Source of the DNA: Scenedesmus sp. PABB004
Taxonomy: Eukaryota
Length of the DNA: 64,000 nucleotides
Reading direction: 5' to 3'
NCBI GenBank assembly: GCA_014905635.1
Contig: JABVCE010000020.1
Location: 186,001 to 250,000, forward strand
Below are positions 11,343 through 22,873 of this stretch, in pieces. The notes beneath the pieces are model-generated. The model saw only the letters and a list, made by a program, of their open reading frames with translations. It was not told the DNA's origin and made no database searches. Numbering within the stretch: position 1 is the first letter of the stretch; each line of letters starts with the position of its first letter. The position numbers and the translations under genes are program-made.

Positions 11343-13505
11343 ATGCCAGCCCGCAGCGGCCACGCGCTGGCGCGGCACGCGCTCGCACTGGCGGCGGCGC
11401 TGGCGCTGCTGCTCGCGGCCGCCCCGGCCGGCGGCGCGGCGGCGCGCGGGCCGCGGCGCGGCCTGCTGGCGGACGGGGGTGGCTCCCGCAGCCTGCTGGC
11501 CACCACCACTGCGCCCGCGGTCAACTGTACACCCGGCAGCGGCGTGTCGGCGGGCGGCGGCGAGTGCGCGCCTTGCGAGCGCGGCAGGTGGTCGCGAGGC
11601 GGGGCGAACGCCGTGTGCCGGCTCTGCGGAAAGGGCTACAACACTGCCGGCCCAAATGCAACATCAGCAAGGGCCTGCAGCGACTGCCGGGCCGGCTACG
11701 GGCGCCCGCCTGCCGGAGGACGCCGCACCTGCGCGCTCTGCTCGACCGGCACGTGGCGCGCCGCCAAGCCGGGGGCCGGCATCAAGGTCTGCCAGGTTTG
11801 CCCCGTGCTGACGACGACGTCAGGCCCCGGCGCCAAGAGCGCGGCCGCGTGCAACGTGACCGCCGCCCTCGACGACCCGATCGCGTCGGCGCTGCTGCGC
11901 GGCGCGCTGGAGCTGGGCCCGCAGTTCAGTGACCGTTCGCTGGCGTCCTGGCGCCCCGGCACCGACCCCTGCACCTGGCAAGGCATAATGTGCACAGACA
12001 GCACGCCGCGCGTGGTCAGAGCGATCGGCCTTCAACTCGGACCGTGCACCGGCCGCCTTCCGCGCGCGTGGGCTGAGCTCGGCCCCGGGCTGGAGGAGCT
12101 GAGCATCACCATCAATGGCGGGGCCAGCCTCGCCGACCCGTCGTGGCCCGTGGAGTGGCGCAACCTCACCGGCGTCAAGCGCCTCTCCCTGAATGGCGTG
12201 GGCGTGACCGGCGCGCTGTCGCTGGGGGCGCTGCCGCCGAGTGTGGAGCGCGTGGACCTTCTGAACAACCGCTTCACCTCCCTGGCCGATGATCTGGCGC
12301 CGGGCGCGCTGCCCGCGCTGGCTCAACTGGCCATCGGTCAAGACCCCGACCACCGCATCAGGGGCACGCTGCCGGCCTCGTGGTCGACGCTCGCCGCGCT
12401 GCAGTCGCTGGACCTCCGCAGCCAGGCGCTGACCGGCCCGCTGCCTCCAGCATGGCCCGGCATGGCGGCGCTTCGAGAGCTGCGCCTGAGCGGCAACGCG
12501 CTCAGTGGGCCACTGCCCGCCAAGCTGCCCCCCAACGTTTTGCACCTGGACCTCAGCCACAACCAGGTGCGGCGCCTTACCCAGGCGACGGCGCGGCGCG
12601 GCGCGCGCTGCGCCGCGGACGGCCCGACGCGAGCTGCTCAAGCGGGCGCGCGTGCACAGCCCGACCTGCGGCCCGCCGCGCGCTGCCGCAGCTGACGGGC
12701 CGCCTGGATGCCTGGGAGTGGTGGAACGATACTTGTGACCCCGTCTCCACTGCTGGATCGTGTGAGGAAAAGCGCGCCTTGTTCCTCGCCCACAACCAGC
12801 TGACCGGCGCGCTGCCCGAGGGCCCTGCGGGCAGGGCCTACTTGGTTGATCTGTCGGACAACGCCCTCACCTCCACGCTGCCGGCGGCCTGGGCGCACTG
12901 GGCCAGCAATGATCCAGGTGGGCTGTCGGCGAGCGCTGCGCGCCGCGGCCGGTGACGGTGGTTGGGGCGCGCGTGGTACGCTGCTGGCCGGCAGGCCCAG
13001 CCGCTGGCCGCCCCAACTCAGACATCTGCCGCCAACAGGCTCTGGTAGTCAGGCCGTCATGCTCAACCTCGCCGGCAACCAGCTCCGCGGCCCGCTGCCG
13101 CCCGAGTGGGGCAACTGGACGTGGCCCGCAGAGCGAGATTGGCTGCACGGCCTCAACCTCACCGGCAACCCGCTCAACGCGACGCTGCCGCCCGAGTGGG
13201 GCAGCTTGAACCTGTGGGCGCTGGACGCGAGCTTCTGCAGCCTGCGCGGCGAGCTTCCAGCGGCGTGGGCACCAATAAGGCTCTCCGCACTGGCCATCAG
13301 CGACAACCCAGACCTCTCCGGCTGCCTGCCCCGCGCGTGGCTTCAGCTTGAGGGCTTTATGCAGCTGCTGGTGCACCCGCGCGCGTGCGAGCTGCCGGGC
13401 GACTGCGCCACGTGGGTGCCGATCAGCGAGCTGACGAGCGGCGCGGCGCCGGACCCGGACCCGCTGCGAAACACTCACATCACTGGCGTGTGCCCGCCGC
13501 CGTAG
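11343..13505 (+). CDS. LRR2: secreted Cys-rich-repeat + LRR protein, apparently intact, short LRR array
   Basis: MPARSGHALARHALALAAALALLL signal peptide. Exons 11343-12566, 12692-12917, 13039-13505, with the same two intron positions as its paralogs. No TM helix seen. Confidence 0.85.
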
Positions 13506-13599
13506 CGCCGCTGCACAGTGCGAGGGGCGTGCATTTGTGTGTCTGCACCACACGAAGCGCATGCCGTGCTGAGCCGGCACACACGCATCGGGCACAAGC

Positions 13600-14430
13600 T
13601 GTTTGCGCCTGCCAGCAGGGCTGCGCTTGGGGGAGCTCATGGCGCAAGGCGCGGCTGCAAGGCTTGGGGGGCCGCCCGAACTGAACAGGCAGCGGGCGCT
13701 GCTCGCGGGCGGTCGGTGTGGTGTGGGCGCGGACGCGGCTGCGGGAAGCGCTGGTCGTTCAATGACAGGTGGGAAGCACTGCCGGCGGCATGCCGGCTCT
13801 GCATGGCTGCTGGGCGGCCAAACCAAGGCGGGGGCGGCTGGCCAAGGCTGCAGCGCTGGTGGGTGGTGGCGGCTGTGCGGTGGTGCAGGGGCCGCGGCAC
13901 GGCGCTGCCGTGCTGCTGGGCCATCACATGCACTGGCCTTGGGCGGGGCGGGCTGGACACGGCGTCTGCTGTGCGCTGAAGCACCTGGTGGGGAGTCCAC
14001 CGCGCTGCGGGCGCGGCGCTGGCTGCGCGCGTGCGCTGCTGGGCCGGCGCGGGCATTCATGACTTCAAGCGCGTGGGTGATGCGGGACTGAGCTCTGGTT
14101 TGCACTGGTCTGTGCTGCGGCGCGCTGCAGCGCGGCATTGTCGTCAACGCATCGACGCGGAAACAGAGGTGCCTGCAGGCACCAACGCATGCGCGCGCCG
14201 GCCGCGCGTGGGTCCGACAACAATCAGCAAGCTCTTGCGCGCGCTGCCTCGTGGCTGCGTTGGCTGCGAGATCTTGAGGGACACGTGCACAACCGCACCG
14301 TCGGTGTCCTGGCGGGTGCCGCGCACCCGCGGCCGCTGCCCCCGCTGCGCGTGCGCACCATGGGCGCCCCCCGCGCACGCCGCCGTGCATCGGCGTGTGC
14401 CCCGTTCCGAGCCCTCTGCTCGGATTCAGG
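13600..14430 (+). repeat. Degenerate intergenic repeat family flanking LRR/sulfatase genes (copy between LRR2 and LRR3)
   Basis: Shared motifs GCTGGTCGTTCAATG..AGGTGGGAAGCACTGCCGGCGG, GGCTGGCCAAGGCTGC and TTCAAGCGCGTGGGTGATGCGGGACTGAGCTCTGG recur near 17.9-18.25, 36.4-37.4 and 61.6-62.0 kb. Confidence 0.8.
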
Positions 14431-14862
14431 CCGTCACCTAGTAACGCCGGCCCAGCACGGACCCGCCGCGCCGCCACATCCCTGCCGCGCGCCGAGCGGG
14501 CGAGCGCGAGCAGCGGCGGCGCGGTGACGCCGCGCCCGTGCCGCACGCAGGCCGTGCGTTCACCGCCGTTCCGCTGTGCTGGGTCGTCCCAGGCGCCCAG
14601 CCGCGCTGCCAGCCCCGGACGCGCCCGCCAGGCCCCGCTTCCGGGGCGCTGCTGCTCGGGCTTGCGAGCTCCTCCCCGCTCGACCAGGCCGCGCCGCCGC
14701 TCCGCCGCCGCGCACTTCGCCCCGCCTCCATCGCACCGTCACCTGTGCACTGGCCCAGCGGCGCGCTGTCGCTGCCCACCGTGCACTGCGAGACCAACCC
14801 GGCCAAGGCAGCGCGCCCCGGGCGGTCGGCAGGCCTCGCCCGCACGCGCCTGCCAGCCAGTC

Positions 14863-17408
14863 ATGCCCAGCCGCAGCGGCCACGCGCTGGCGCGGCACGC
14901 GCTCGCACTGGCGGCGGCGGCGCTGGCGCTGCTGCTCGCGTCCGCCCCGGCCGGCGCCGCGGCGGCGCGCGGGCCCAGGCGCGGCCTGCTGCTCGCGGAC
15001 GGGAGCGGTCCCGCAGCCTGCTGGACACCGCGGCCGCGCCCAGCAAGGTGTGCAAGCCCGGTACCGGCGTGACACTGGGCGCAGGCAAGCGCGGCACTTG
15101 GTGCCGGCCGTGCAAGGCCGGCACCTGGTCTGCCGGCGGCCTCAACGCCAAGTGCAAGGCCTGTCGGCAGGGGTACAAGACCGTCGGAGGCGGCGCATCG
15201 AGCTGCAGCGACTGCCGGGGCGGCTATGGCCTGCCATTGAGCGCCGGCAACGCAACGAACGTCTGCGAACCCTGCCCGGCCGGCACGTGGCGCGACGCCA
15301 AGCCGGGGGAGGGCATCCAGCCCTGCAACGCCTGCCCTCCGCTGACGACGACAGCAGGCCCCGGCGCCAAGAGCGTCGCCGCCTGCAACCAGAGCCTCGC
15401 CCTCCCCGACGACCCGCTGGCGTCGGCGCTGCTGCGCGGCGCGGCGGAGCTGGGCCCGCAGTTGAGTGACAGTTCGCTGGCGTCTTAGCGGTCAGACACC
15501 AACCCCTGCACCTGGCGGGGCGTGATCTGCTCGGACAGCACGCCGCGCATGGTCACAGCGCTCGACATTTACTTGGGGCAGCAGCCGACCGGCCGCCTGC
15601 CGCGCGCGTGGGCCGAGCTCGGCCCCGGGCTGGAGTCGTTGTACATCACCATCAACAGCCAAGGCAGTGAACAAAGTGGCCTCAGCGACGCGTCGTGGCC
15701 CGTGGAGTGGCGCAACCTCACCGGCCTCAAGCGCCTCCGGCTTGATGGCGTGGGCGTGACCGGCGCGCTGTCGCTCGCGGCGCTGCCGCCGAGCGTGCAG
15801 AGCGTGACTCTTTACAACAACCGCCTCACCTCCCTGGCCGACGACCTCATGGGGGGAGCGCTGCCCGCTCTGGATGAGCTGATCATCCAGCAAGACCCTG
15901 CTTCTTACCCCATCGGCGGGACGCTGCCGGCGTCGTGGGGTGCGCTCGCAAAGTTGTGGTCGCTTGACCTCCGCAGGCAGGCGCTGACCGGCCCCCTGCC
16001 CGAGGCGTGGTCCGGCATGGTGGCGCTCCAAGATCTGCGCCTGAGCGGCAACGCGCTCAGCGGACCCCTGCCTGCCTCCTGGGGCGGCGGCATGGCGGCG
16101 CTCACCAGTCTGAACTTGAGCGGCAACGCGCTCAGCGGTCCCCTGCCTGCCGCCTGGGGCGACGGCATGGCGGCGCTCACCAGTCTGAACTTGAGCGGCA
16201 ACGCCCTCGGCGGCCCCCTGCCTGCCTCCTGGGGCGCCGGCATGGCGGCGCTCATGTTGCTGGACCTGTCGCACAATGCCATCACGGGGCGCCTTCCTGA
16301 TGCGTGGCGCATGGCCAAGCTCTCATGGCTGGACCTGTCGCGCAACAGCATCAGCGGCCCCATCCCCGAGGCCGTTACCGGCGGCCTGGTGGCACTGGGC
16401 ACCCTGGACCTGTCACACAACGCGCTCAGCGGGTCACTGCCCGCCAGGGCTTTCAGCAACGTTGGGGCCCTGGACCTCAGTTACAACCAGGCGCGGCGCC
16501 TGGCTGGGCGGCGGCGCGGCGGCGCGCTGACATAGGCAGGCCGTGCACGGGCTGCGCTGGCAGCTCACGGCAGGCTGAGCACTCACCTGCGGCGTGCCGC
16601 GGTGCTGCCGCTCCTTTGCAGCTGACGGGGCGCATCAAAGACTGGGCGAGATGGACGACGCTTGCCAGCTGCTTCACGGTCAATTTTGCCCACAACCAGC
16701 TGACCGGCCCGCTGCCCGAGGTGCGGTGGGACGGCCCTGGCGGCATCGACCTGTCGGACAACGCCCTCACCTCCACGCTGCCGGCCGCCTGGGTGCAAAG
16801 GGCGTGGACTGAAGGAGGTGGGCTGTCGCACTCGCTGCGCTGGGAACGCTGCTGGCGGTGCCTGAGCGCGGCACATGCTGGCCCAGGCCCAGCTGCCATG
16901 GTCACATGGCGCCCGACTCACATCTGCTGCCGCAGATTGCGGCTGGCGCGTGGACCTCAACCTCGCCGGCAACCAGCTCCGCGGCCCCCTGCCGCCCGAG
17001 TGGGGTGCCTGGACCCTAGACCCTTACGCTGGCCTTGGGGCTGTGTCTGTGGCGCTGGCCTCGCTCAACCTCACCGGCAACCCGCTCAACGCCACGCTGC
17101 CGCCCGAGTGGGGCAACATCACGAGCCTGGGGTCGCTGGACGTGCGGTCCTGCGGCCTGAGCGGCATTTTTCCCGCCGCAGAGTGGGCGCCGATGCGGCC
17201 CGACCGACTTGGCATCAGCGACAACCCAGACCTCTCCGGCTGCCTGCCCCGCGCGTGGCTCAAGCCAAAGGGCTACTCATCGCTTCTGTACTATCAGCCC
17301 AACTGCGCCTGCTCCATGCCGGTGGCGCTGAGCGAGCTGGCGAGCGGCAAGGCGCTGGACCCAGACCCGCTGCGCAACACGCAAATCGTCGGCATTTGCC
17401 CGGCGTGA
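14863..17408 (+). pseudogene. LRR3: Cys-rich-repeat + LRR paralog with a frameshift and a nonsense codon
   Basis: 1-nt deletion near 15009 (GGGAGCGGTCCCGCAGC versus paralog GGGGGTGGCTCCCGCAGC). TAG at 15486-15488 replaces the conserved LRRNT Trp. The first intron has a GC donor at 16491. Confidence 0.85.
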
Positions 17409-17689
17409 GCGCCGCCGCGGCTGCTCAGTGCGAGGGGCACGTGCGCGCTCGCACACCCGGCACGCTTATATGTCGACGGGCGGTGCGCGCGCGGCAGGCG
17501 CTGGGACCTCCCGGTTGCGCTGCGTGGGCGGCAGGCGGCCAGTGGCGCGTGCCGGGCGGTCAGAAGCTGCTAGCGTGAGTCGCCCGCTGGTCGCGCGCGT
17601 CAAAGCTTGGGACTTGCGCGCACAGCGCACGGGGCCGCCTCACTGCGCTTGGGGCTTGGGGCAGGGTTTGTGGCCGAGTGTGGCAGCAT

Positions 17690-18350
17690 GCCTGCGCTTG
17701 TGGGGGAAGCTCAAGACGTGCTGCTGCGCGTGCTTGTGAGCGCACGGCGTCGGGATGCGTGGGGCGCGGCCGCCAGGTGTGGCGCTGGCCGCCGCACTGA
17801 ACAAAAAGCATGCGCTGCTGTGGCGTGGGTCGGTGTGGGCGCCGCCGGCTGCGGGAGGCGCTGGTCGTTCAATGGCAGTGGGGAAGCGCTGCGGGCGGCA
17901 CGACGGCTCAGCGCGGGTGGGCGGCTCGTTGGGCAAGCTCGCCCGAACCAAGGTGGGGGCGGCTGGCCAAGGCTGCGGCGCATGCACAACGCTGGTGGGT
18001 GGCGGCGGCGGTACGGTGGGTGCACGGAACGCGGTGTGGCGTCGCCGTGCTGCATGTGCGGGGGGGGGGGGGGGCTTTAAGTGCTGTTGGCCGAGGGGGC
18101 TGGGCGGCGCATCTGATGTGCGCCCAAGCAGCTGCTGGGGAGTCCACCGCTGCCCGGGGCGGCGCTGGCTGCGCGCGTGCGCTGCCAGCGCTGCTGGCGC
18201 CGGGCGCTCAAGCGCGTGGGTGGTGCGGGACTGAGCTCTGGTTTGCACTGGAGACCACTGCGCGCGCCGTCAAGCCCAGCTCGCACAGGTGGCGTCGCAA
18301 CGTAGAGGCACACCCGACTCGCGCCGGGGCACGCGCGCTGGTCGAAATCC
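17690..18350 (+). repeat. Degenerate intergenic repeat family (copy downstream of LRR3)
   Basis: Colinear with 13620-14220; e.g. CAAGCGCGTGGGTG.TGCGGGACTGAGCTCTGGTTTGCACTGG near 18210-18250. Confidence 0.8.
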
Positions 18351-18364
18351 GCCGACCCTTGGCC

Positions 18365-21354
18365 TCACCGCCGGTCGCGAACGCCCGTGCCCCTCAGCTG
18401 CTGCAGCGCGCCGTCTGCGCGGGGCGTGCCTGCGCCTGGGCCGCCGTCGCCCAGCCCCGCCAGCGCCGCAGCAGCGCTGACCCGCCGCGCGCCCGACTGG
18501 CCGCCGATCGCCGCCAGGGCCGGCCCGCTGGACTGCGGCTGCGCCGCGCTGGCGCTGCGACGGCGGGCGGGCGGCACGCTGCCAGGCGGGCCGCCGCCTG
18601 GCACGCCCCGCAGCTGCCGCACGCCTGCAGGCGCGCCGCCGCCGGCGCCGAGCACGCCGCCCAGCATGCACCCGACGACTTGGCTGAACGCAGCCGCCGC
18701 GGCCTCGTCGCGCGCCGCCGCTGCCGCGGCGGCCAGCAAGCGGCGCCGCCGAGCCGGCTCGAGCGCTGCGCCAGCGCCCGCCGGCGCCGGCGCAGCGCTG
18801 GGCTGCGTGGCGGCACCGCCCGGGCGCAGCGAGAGGCTCAGCTCATAGATGCTGCGGGCCACGTCGGCGGCCGCGTCGCCCGACCCCGCCGCCAGCGCGC
18901 TCTCCAGCCGGTGCTCGAGCGCACTGAGCTGCTCCTGCTCCGCAAGCAACAGCGGCGGCGGCGCCGTGCCGCCGCTGCTGCAGGGCGGGCTCGCAGGCCG
19001 CGGCCGCTCCAGCAGGGCGCCGCCGCCGCCGACGCTGCCGCCGCCTGGCTCCCTGGCTGCGCCGCCGTCCTGGGAGCGCTCGACCGCGGATGCGCTGCCG
19101 CACGGCAGCGCAACGGCCGGGACGCCCTCGTCCTCGAGGCTCGCCACCACCAGCGCCCAGAGCTGGTCGCCGCCGTCGCAGGCCAGCCGCGGCAGCCCCC
19201 CCTCCGCCGCGCAGCCGCCACCGGCCTCCTCCTGCGCACGCGTCGCGCCGCCGCGCAGCTGGTGCAGCAGCACCCGCAGCTGCTCGTCCTGCGCGGCGGC
19301 CGCAGACGCTGCCGCTGCTGTGCCCTCGCCGCCGAGCGCCGCCACGGGGCCGCCGGCCTCCAGCTGCTGCTGCTGCTGCTGCCGCTGCTCGCGGCGGTGG
19401 CGTTGCGCGTCGACCTGCTCCACAGCTTGCTGCGCCGGCCTGGCCGCCGAGGTGGGGTCGAGCTCCTTCCACCGCGCGCGCGCCTGCTCGCGCGCCATGC
19501 GCTGCTCCACGGCGCGCGCCTCGGCGCGCCTCTCGGCTTGGGTCTGCTGCGCCGCGTCCCAGGCCGCTGCGGCGTCCCATGCGCGCACTGACCGCCGCGT
19601 GCCCGGGGTCGCCACCGGCGCCGGCAGCGCGGCCAGCGCGGCCGCGGCGCTGCTGCCCCGGCCGCCGCCAGGCGCGCCGGCTGCGCCCTGCTCGGCTGCT
19701 GCGGCGGCCGCAGCGGCCGGCGCGGCCGTGCCGCGCGCCGCGGGCTGGCCGCCGACCGCGGCCAGGCGCCGCAGGTGGTGGCGCACTATGTGCGTGCATA
19801 GCAGCTGGCCCGTGGTCGGCCGGTCGTCCGGGTCGGCGCGCAGCAGCGCAGCCACGACCGTGCGCAGTCGCGGGCTCGCGCAGCCGGCGGGCAGCGGCGT
19901 GTGGGCGCCGCGCAGGATCCTGGCCACGAGCTGCGGCGAGCGCGGGTGGGAGGTCGGGCGCGCCGCGCCGGTCGACGCGCGCGCGCGGCGCGGCGCGGCG
20001 CGCGCGCTGGCCGCCCGCGCACCTGCGGCAGGCCGCGCGCGTTGAAGGCGGGGCGGCGCGCAGCCATCTCAAAGGCCACCAGCCCCAGCGCCCACATGTC
20101 GGCCGCCGCGCTGTACGGCCGGCGCGCGATCACCTCGGGCGCAGTGTACTGCGGCGTGCCTGCGCGGCGGCGGCGGCGGCGGCGGCCGGTGGGCGCGCGA
20201 CGCGGGCACGAGGGGCGCGGACGTGACGAGCGCGGGCGCGAGCAGGCGCAAGCGAGCGGGAGCGGGCGCGCGCGAGCGCGCCGGGCGCACCGACGCAGGT
20301 CGTGGCGAGCGCGCCGGCCTGCAGCTGCGTGCTGCAGCCAAAGTCGGCGAGGCGCAGCACGCGCAGGTTGGGCGACAGCAGCACGTTGTCCGGCTGTGTG
20401 GACGAGAGCGCGCGCGCGTGCACGCGCGGCGGCGGCAGCAGCGGCAGCGGCGTGGGTGCTCTGGCCACGCGCCGGTGCATGTGGGCAGTGTGGGCACACA
20501 CACGCACACACCTTGAGGTCTCTGTGCAGCACGCCGCGCGTGTGCAGATGGTGCAGGGCAACCAGGAGCTGCACCAGCCAGCACCACACCATGTCCTCGC
20601 CAAACCACCCCTCGGCCGCGCCGCCTGCGCGGCTCTGTGAGCCGGGCGGAGCGGGCGGCGCTCAGCGGGGCACGGCACGCGAGCCAGCGCGTGCGCTGTG
20701 CCTGCGCCGCCGCCCAGCCAGCCCCGCAGCCGCTGCCTCACCCGCAGCAGCGCCGCGAGCGTGCCGCCGCCGCAGCGGCCCAGCAGCAGGCAGGGGGCGC
20801 CGCCGGCGTCGACGAACCATCCGCCCAGCTTCACCAGGTTTGGGTGGTCGCCTGCCGTGCAGAGGATTTCAATCTCGTTGGCCGCCTGACGCTCAACGGG
20901 CGGGCACAGGGCGAGCGGGGCGGGGGCGGCGCGGGGCGTGGGCGCGCCGCCCCCGCCGCGGCGCGGGGCGTGGGCGCGCCGCCCCCGCCGCGGCGCGGGG
21001 CCGCGCGGCGCGCCGCCGAGGCCTGCCGCCGCGCGCCGCAGACGTGCGCACCTGGCCGGCGTGGTCCGACCGGACGACCTTGACCACCCACGCGCCGCCG
21101 CCGCCCGCCAGGGTGGCTGAATACACGGTGGCAAACGCGCCCGCGCCGAGGCGGCGCCCGAGCGTGACGCTGCCCGCCGGCAGCATGCGCGCCGCGACCG
21201 CGGGCGCGGCCGACGGCGACAGCCCCGGCAGCAGCGCGAGCACCGCCTCGGGCGTGGGCGGCGGCGCCGGCGGCGGCGGCACCGGTGGCGGCTCGCCCGC
21301 CGCGGGCTCGTGCTCGTGCTGCGCTGCCTGGGCCGTCGCCGGCGCGCCGTCCAT
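18365..21354 (-). CDS. NIMA/NEK-like Ser/Thr protein kinase with a long low-complexity C-terminus; spliced
   Basis: LGAGAFATVY, VVKVV, ANEIEIL...HPNLVKL, WLVQLLVALHHLHTRGVLHRDLK/PDNVLL, LADFG, GTPQYTAPEVIARRPYSAAADMWALG, AFNARGLPQLVARILRG, DPDDRPT. The C-terminal end is less certain. Confidence 0.88.
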
Positions 21355-21369
21355 GCGCCTGGCCGCCTG

Positions 21370-22512
21370 CTACTGCTGCTGCTCCTGCTGCTCTGTCTCA
21401 GCGACAGCCCCCGCCCCGCCCGCGCCGGCGCCTTCGCTCTCGGGCTCACCGCCGCCGCCGCCGCCCTGCTCGCCCGGCGCCGCCGCGGCCGCTGCGCCGC
21501 CCGGCGCCGCCACCCCGTCCGCTGCCTCCCCGGCGCCACCGCCGCCCGTGCCGGCCGAGGGGCTGTTCCAACTCGCGGCCGCGGCGTCGCGCATGAGCTC
21601 GAGATTGCTGCGCTTCACGGCGTCCAGGCTCAGGCGCTGCAATTGGTCAAACTCAAAGTCTGACTCGACGTAGGCCGCGCGCACCTCGAGCAGGCGCAGC
21701 GCTGCACGCGTGTGTGTGTGAGGCGGCGGCGCAGCAGCGGCGGCGGCGTGAGCGCGTGCGCGCGCCTGCGGGCTGCGCGGCGCGCGCGCCACAGCGCGCG
21801 TGCGCCGCCCGCTCCGCACCGAGTGCCTTGTCCTTGGCGAACAGCTGCGCGAGCCACGCGTGCGGGTCGCGCAGCGGCTCCTGCGCGAGGTGCGCCGCGA
21901 GCGTGGCGCACTGCTCCGCGTTGTAGCTGCCGAGCGCGCCGCGGCCGCTGCCCTCCAGCTGAGCCAGCACGACCCTGCGGCGGACGTCAGCGGCGCGGCG
22001 GCCGCGCGGCGGACGTCAGCGCGAGCCGCAGCGCGAGCCGCGCTGGCTGCTGACCGCGCACGGCTCCGGCCGTGCGCCGCCCCGGCCGGCGGCGCGCACT
22101 TGGCGGCCACGAAGGTGAAGAGCTGCTCCAGCGCGCGCGCGGCCTTGCGCTCGGGCGAGACGCCGCCGAAGCTGTGTGGCGGGCGAGCAGCGGCGCGCGC
22201 CGAGCAGCGCGGGCGGCGCGGCGCCGGTCAGCAGCGCCGCCGGGCTCGCTCGGGGGCGCGCTCGAGGGTGCGCTGGGGGAGAGCGGCGCCGCCGCTGGAG
22301 CGGTCCGAGCAGAACAGTCGACCGCCGCGCCGCGGGCGCCGCGCGCCGCCCGCCGCGCCAACGGGCGCTGCGCACCTGTCGCTGGGGACGTACATCTTGC
22401 CTGAGCCGCATCGCACGCCGCGGCCGCGCCGGACGGCGCGCGGCTGCGGTTGCGGGCGCGCCGCCGCCGCCGCGCGCCCACCGCAGCAGCTGCGCGCGGA
22501 CGGCCGCAGCAT
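21370..22512 (-). CDS. RBCX: RuBisCO assembly chaperone RbcX (class II-like) with transit peptide; 3 introns
   Basis: KMYVPSD/SFGGVSPERKAARALEQLFTFVAAK/VVLAQLEG...AWLAQLFAKDKAL/ALRLLEVRAAYVESDFEFDQLQRLSLDAVKRSNLELMR matches algal/plant RbcX. TAG at 21370-21372. Confidence 0.9.
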
Positions 22513-22873
22513 GGCCGCAGCCCAGGCGCGCGCGACTGGCCGGAGCGAGACGCCGGCAGGTGCGGCCGCTGCCGCGTCGCGCCGGGCGCCGCTGCCGCCG
22601 CTGCTGCCGCGGCGCGCTGCGGCTGCTGCTGTGGTGGGCGTGTGCACTGCAGGAGGCCGCTAGGTGCTGTGGGCTGTGGGGGCGCGGGGGGGCGCGCCTT
22701 CGCCGCCGCGCGAGCGCCCGCGCGCAGTGGCGGCGCGGTGAGCCCTGCCGTCCCGGAGCCGCCCACCGCCGCCAATCGCTCGCCGCTGGCGTCCTCCGCC
22801 GGCCACAGTGCGCGGCGCCGCACCCACCGCAGGCAGGCAAGGCAGGGCCGCCCCCCGGGGCCGGTGCAGCAGG

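Noticed and set aside
12867..14546. Long ORFs of 400-700 aa rich in Arg/Ala/Pro/Gly (e.g. 12867-14546 minus, 17810-19591, 22016-23812, 38547-40634)
   Set aside because: These are shadow ORFs caused by extreme GC content. They have no domain motifs and mostly overlap real spliced genes in other frames or on the other strand.
3675..15488. TAG reassignment to a sense codon (in-frame TAGs in LRR1 and LRR3)
   Set aside because: The two TAGs replace different residues (Leu and Trp), each reachable by a single substitution from TTG or TGG. TAG is also the normal terminator of LRR2, LRR5 and the AAA gene.
13600..18350. LTR retrotransposon carrying LRR3 between direct repeats
   Set aside because: The flanking repeats are strongly diverged. 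No TG...CA termini, PBS, PPT, TSD or gag/pol were found, and the gene retains its introns.
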